A DNA stretch of 48,497 nucleotides from Macrostomum lignano. Lineage: Eukaryota. The DNA lies in the NCBI GenBank assembly GCA_002269645.1, contig NIVC01001720.1:1-48497 (forward strand). Direction: 5' to 3'. Of this stretch, positions 47,101-48,497 are shown one piece after another. Made by a program: the position numbers and the translations under genes. The notes under the pieces were generated by a model that was given only the letters and a program-made list of their open reading frames with translations, was not told the DNA's origin and searched no databases. Within the stretch, counting starts at the first letter, position 1. Each line of letters starts with the position of its first letter.

Positions 47101-48422
47101 GCGAGGCCCGAGCCGATTACGCTTTCTGGCTTGTTGCAACCGACAAAGGTCTGCCGACCCGTCTTAGTTCCAGTGCTGCAGTCTTTGTTAGAGTGCTAGA
47201 TGTCAACGACTGCTCGCCGGTGTTTCAATTTCCCAGACCCAGTGCCGGCCATGGAAGTCACGCGGTTGCTGTTGGCGATGCGCCGGGCCACATCATTTTG
47301 CAGGCGGCTGCCAGGTGCGATCCGTTAGCATTGCTTGAATTCAGAGCTGGTAATACAAGCTAACTATTGGAGTTTTTCACCTGCACCCTCGAGGTCTGAT
47401 CACTTGAACTGTCACTGTCTTGAAGGACTGTCACTGTGTTCTTGAATGACTGTCACTGTATTCTTGAAGACTGTCACTGTATTCTTGAAGGACTGTCACT
47501 GTGTTCTTGAAGGACTGTCACTGTATTCTTGAATGACTGTCACTGTATTCTTGAAGGACTGTCACTGTGTTCTTGAAGGACTGTCACTGTATTCTTGAAT
47601 GACTGTCACTGTATTCTTGAAGGACTGTCACTGTGTTCTTGAAGGACTGTCACTGTATTCTTGAATGACTGTCACTGTATTCTTGAAGGACTGTCACTGT
47701 AGTCTTGAAGGAATATCCACTAAAACAGACTTTCCTTCTTCTGCACTTTTGCAATTAATTCTGTTCTTAACATTTTTCGCTTGCTGCAGCTCTGACTGAA
47801 GCCTTGAGTTTTGGTAATGAAAATAATATTGGACCTTGAACAAATCAAGGAGCCAAGAAACACATAGTTATGTAAAGAAGAAAGAGGCTGAATCATATCC
47901 ATATTTTCCCTGCACAAACTTTCGCTTCAACCTTGCTCAAATTCGCTTTTGACACAAAAAAGCGACGCCGATGAAGCTGAGAACGGCCGCGTAGAGTTTT
48001 GGCTCGACGAAGCCGCCAGCAGTCGCGGCGTCGGGCTTAACTTCCGCTTCGAGCGTCGCAGCGGCCTGCTGCGTCTGCGCCGACGTCCGACGAGACTCGG
48101 ACAGCGCTGGCGACTCCGCCTGGTTGCCACCGACTGCGGCCGGCCACCGCTGACTGCGTCCGTCGATGTTGAAATTCAGTCAGTCGGTCGCTCTAGAAGA
48201 AATCGGCCTTCTGCGTCCGCGGCGACAGCTTCGGCTGCGGCGCTGACCGGCCGGACGCTCGGCTGGGCTGCCGTCGGACTCATCGCATGCGCGACCTCGC
48301 TGCTAGCGGCCACGTGTGCTTTGGTTCTGCTGCGCTTGCCCTGTAGGCGTCAACTGCTTGGAAGACGAGAACCGGCCGCTGGAGCTGCCCGGTGGCATCG
48401 AAGACGTCAACGATATCGGAAG
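44183..48422 (+). CDS. Protocadherin with 7 cadherin repeats and a TM segment (delta-1-like architecture), 3' end beyond window
   Basis: Exons 44183-44974, 45063-45334, 45421-46138, 46860-47314, 47963-48422 join in frame. Signal peptide MPLWLILLWAPLLL. LDRE and DxND motifs (DANDN, DENDC, DMNDN, DENDN, DINDV, DVNDC), EC1 Cys cluster REAVC..C..C, TM WAAVGLIACATSLLAATCALVLL. Confidence 0.9.
46419..46741. mobile_element. Solo LTR (323 bp) in protocadherin intron 3
   Basis: TGT...ACA ends and 5-bp TSD ATCAG on both sides. Shares ccaatcaga, aaggtgaact and terminal gtcgc(g/t)aca with the LTR at 34686. Confidence 0.85.
47405..47712. repeat. 22-bp minisatellite with a 3-mer higher-order pattern, in protocadherin intron 4
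   Basis: Units GAA(G/T)GACTGTCACTGT(G/A)TTCTT, ~13 copies. Confidence 0.95.
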
Positions 48423-48497
48423 GTGCGCGCTTTGCTGAATAATGATTCATTAATGGCCTGTTTATTATAATCGAGGATCTGACAGTCCTGACAGAAG

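Overview
Eukaryotic (invertebrate animal) genomic DNA with AT-rich spacers, GC-richer exons and GT-AG introns. There are no prokaryotic features. The composition and the Ala/Ser-rich proteins suggest a free-living flatworm such as Macrostomum, but this is a low-confidence inference. Host genes, left to right: (1) a spliced aprataxin (HIT + C2H2 Zn finger, no FHA) on the minus strand, with two competing 5' donors that may switch a mitochondrial-type presequence on or off; (2) a head-to-tail array of five ankyrin-repeat genes with uninterrupted coding regions (two disrupted, two homogenised by apparent gene conversion, one ending in a death-domain-like fold); (3) two duplicated two-exon genes for small secreted WSC-domain proteins; (4) a single-exon formin lacking a C-terminal DAD; (5) a 7-EC protocadherin running off the window end. 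Transposons are dense: a Penelope fragment with hammerhead-like motifs, a young 5'-inverted RTE-like LINE with an 11-bp TSD, two Tc1-type elements, hAT and CACTA-type non-autonomous elements, two solo LTRs, MITEs and minisatellites. The best candidate for an undescribed system is the ankyrin/death-domain array, possibly an immune-type locus (inference). All splice models and domain calls were read by eye; no database search was run.
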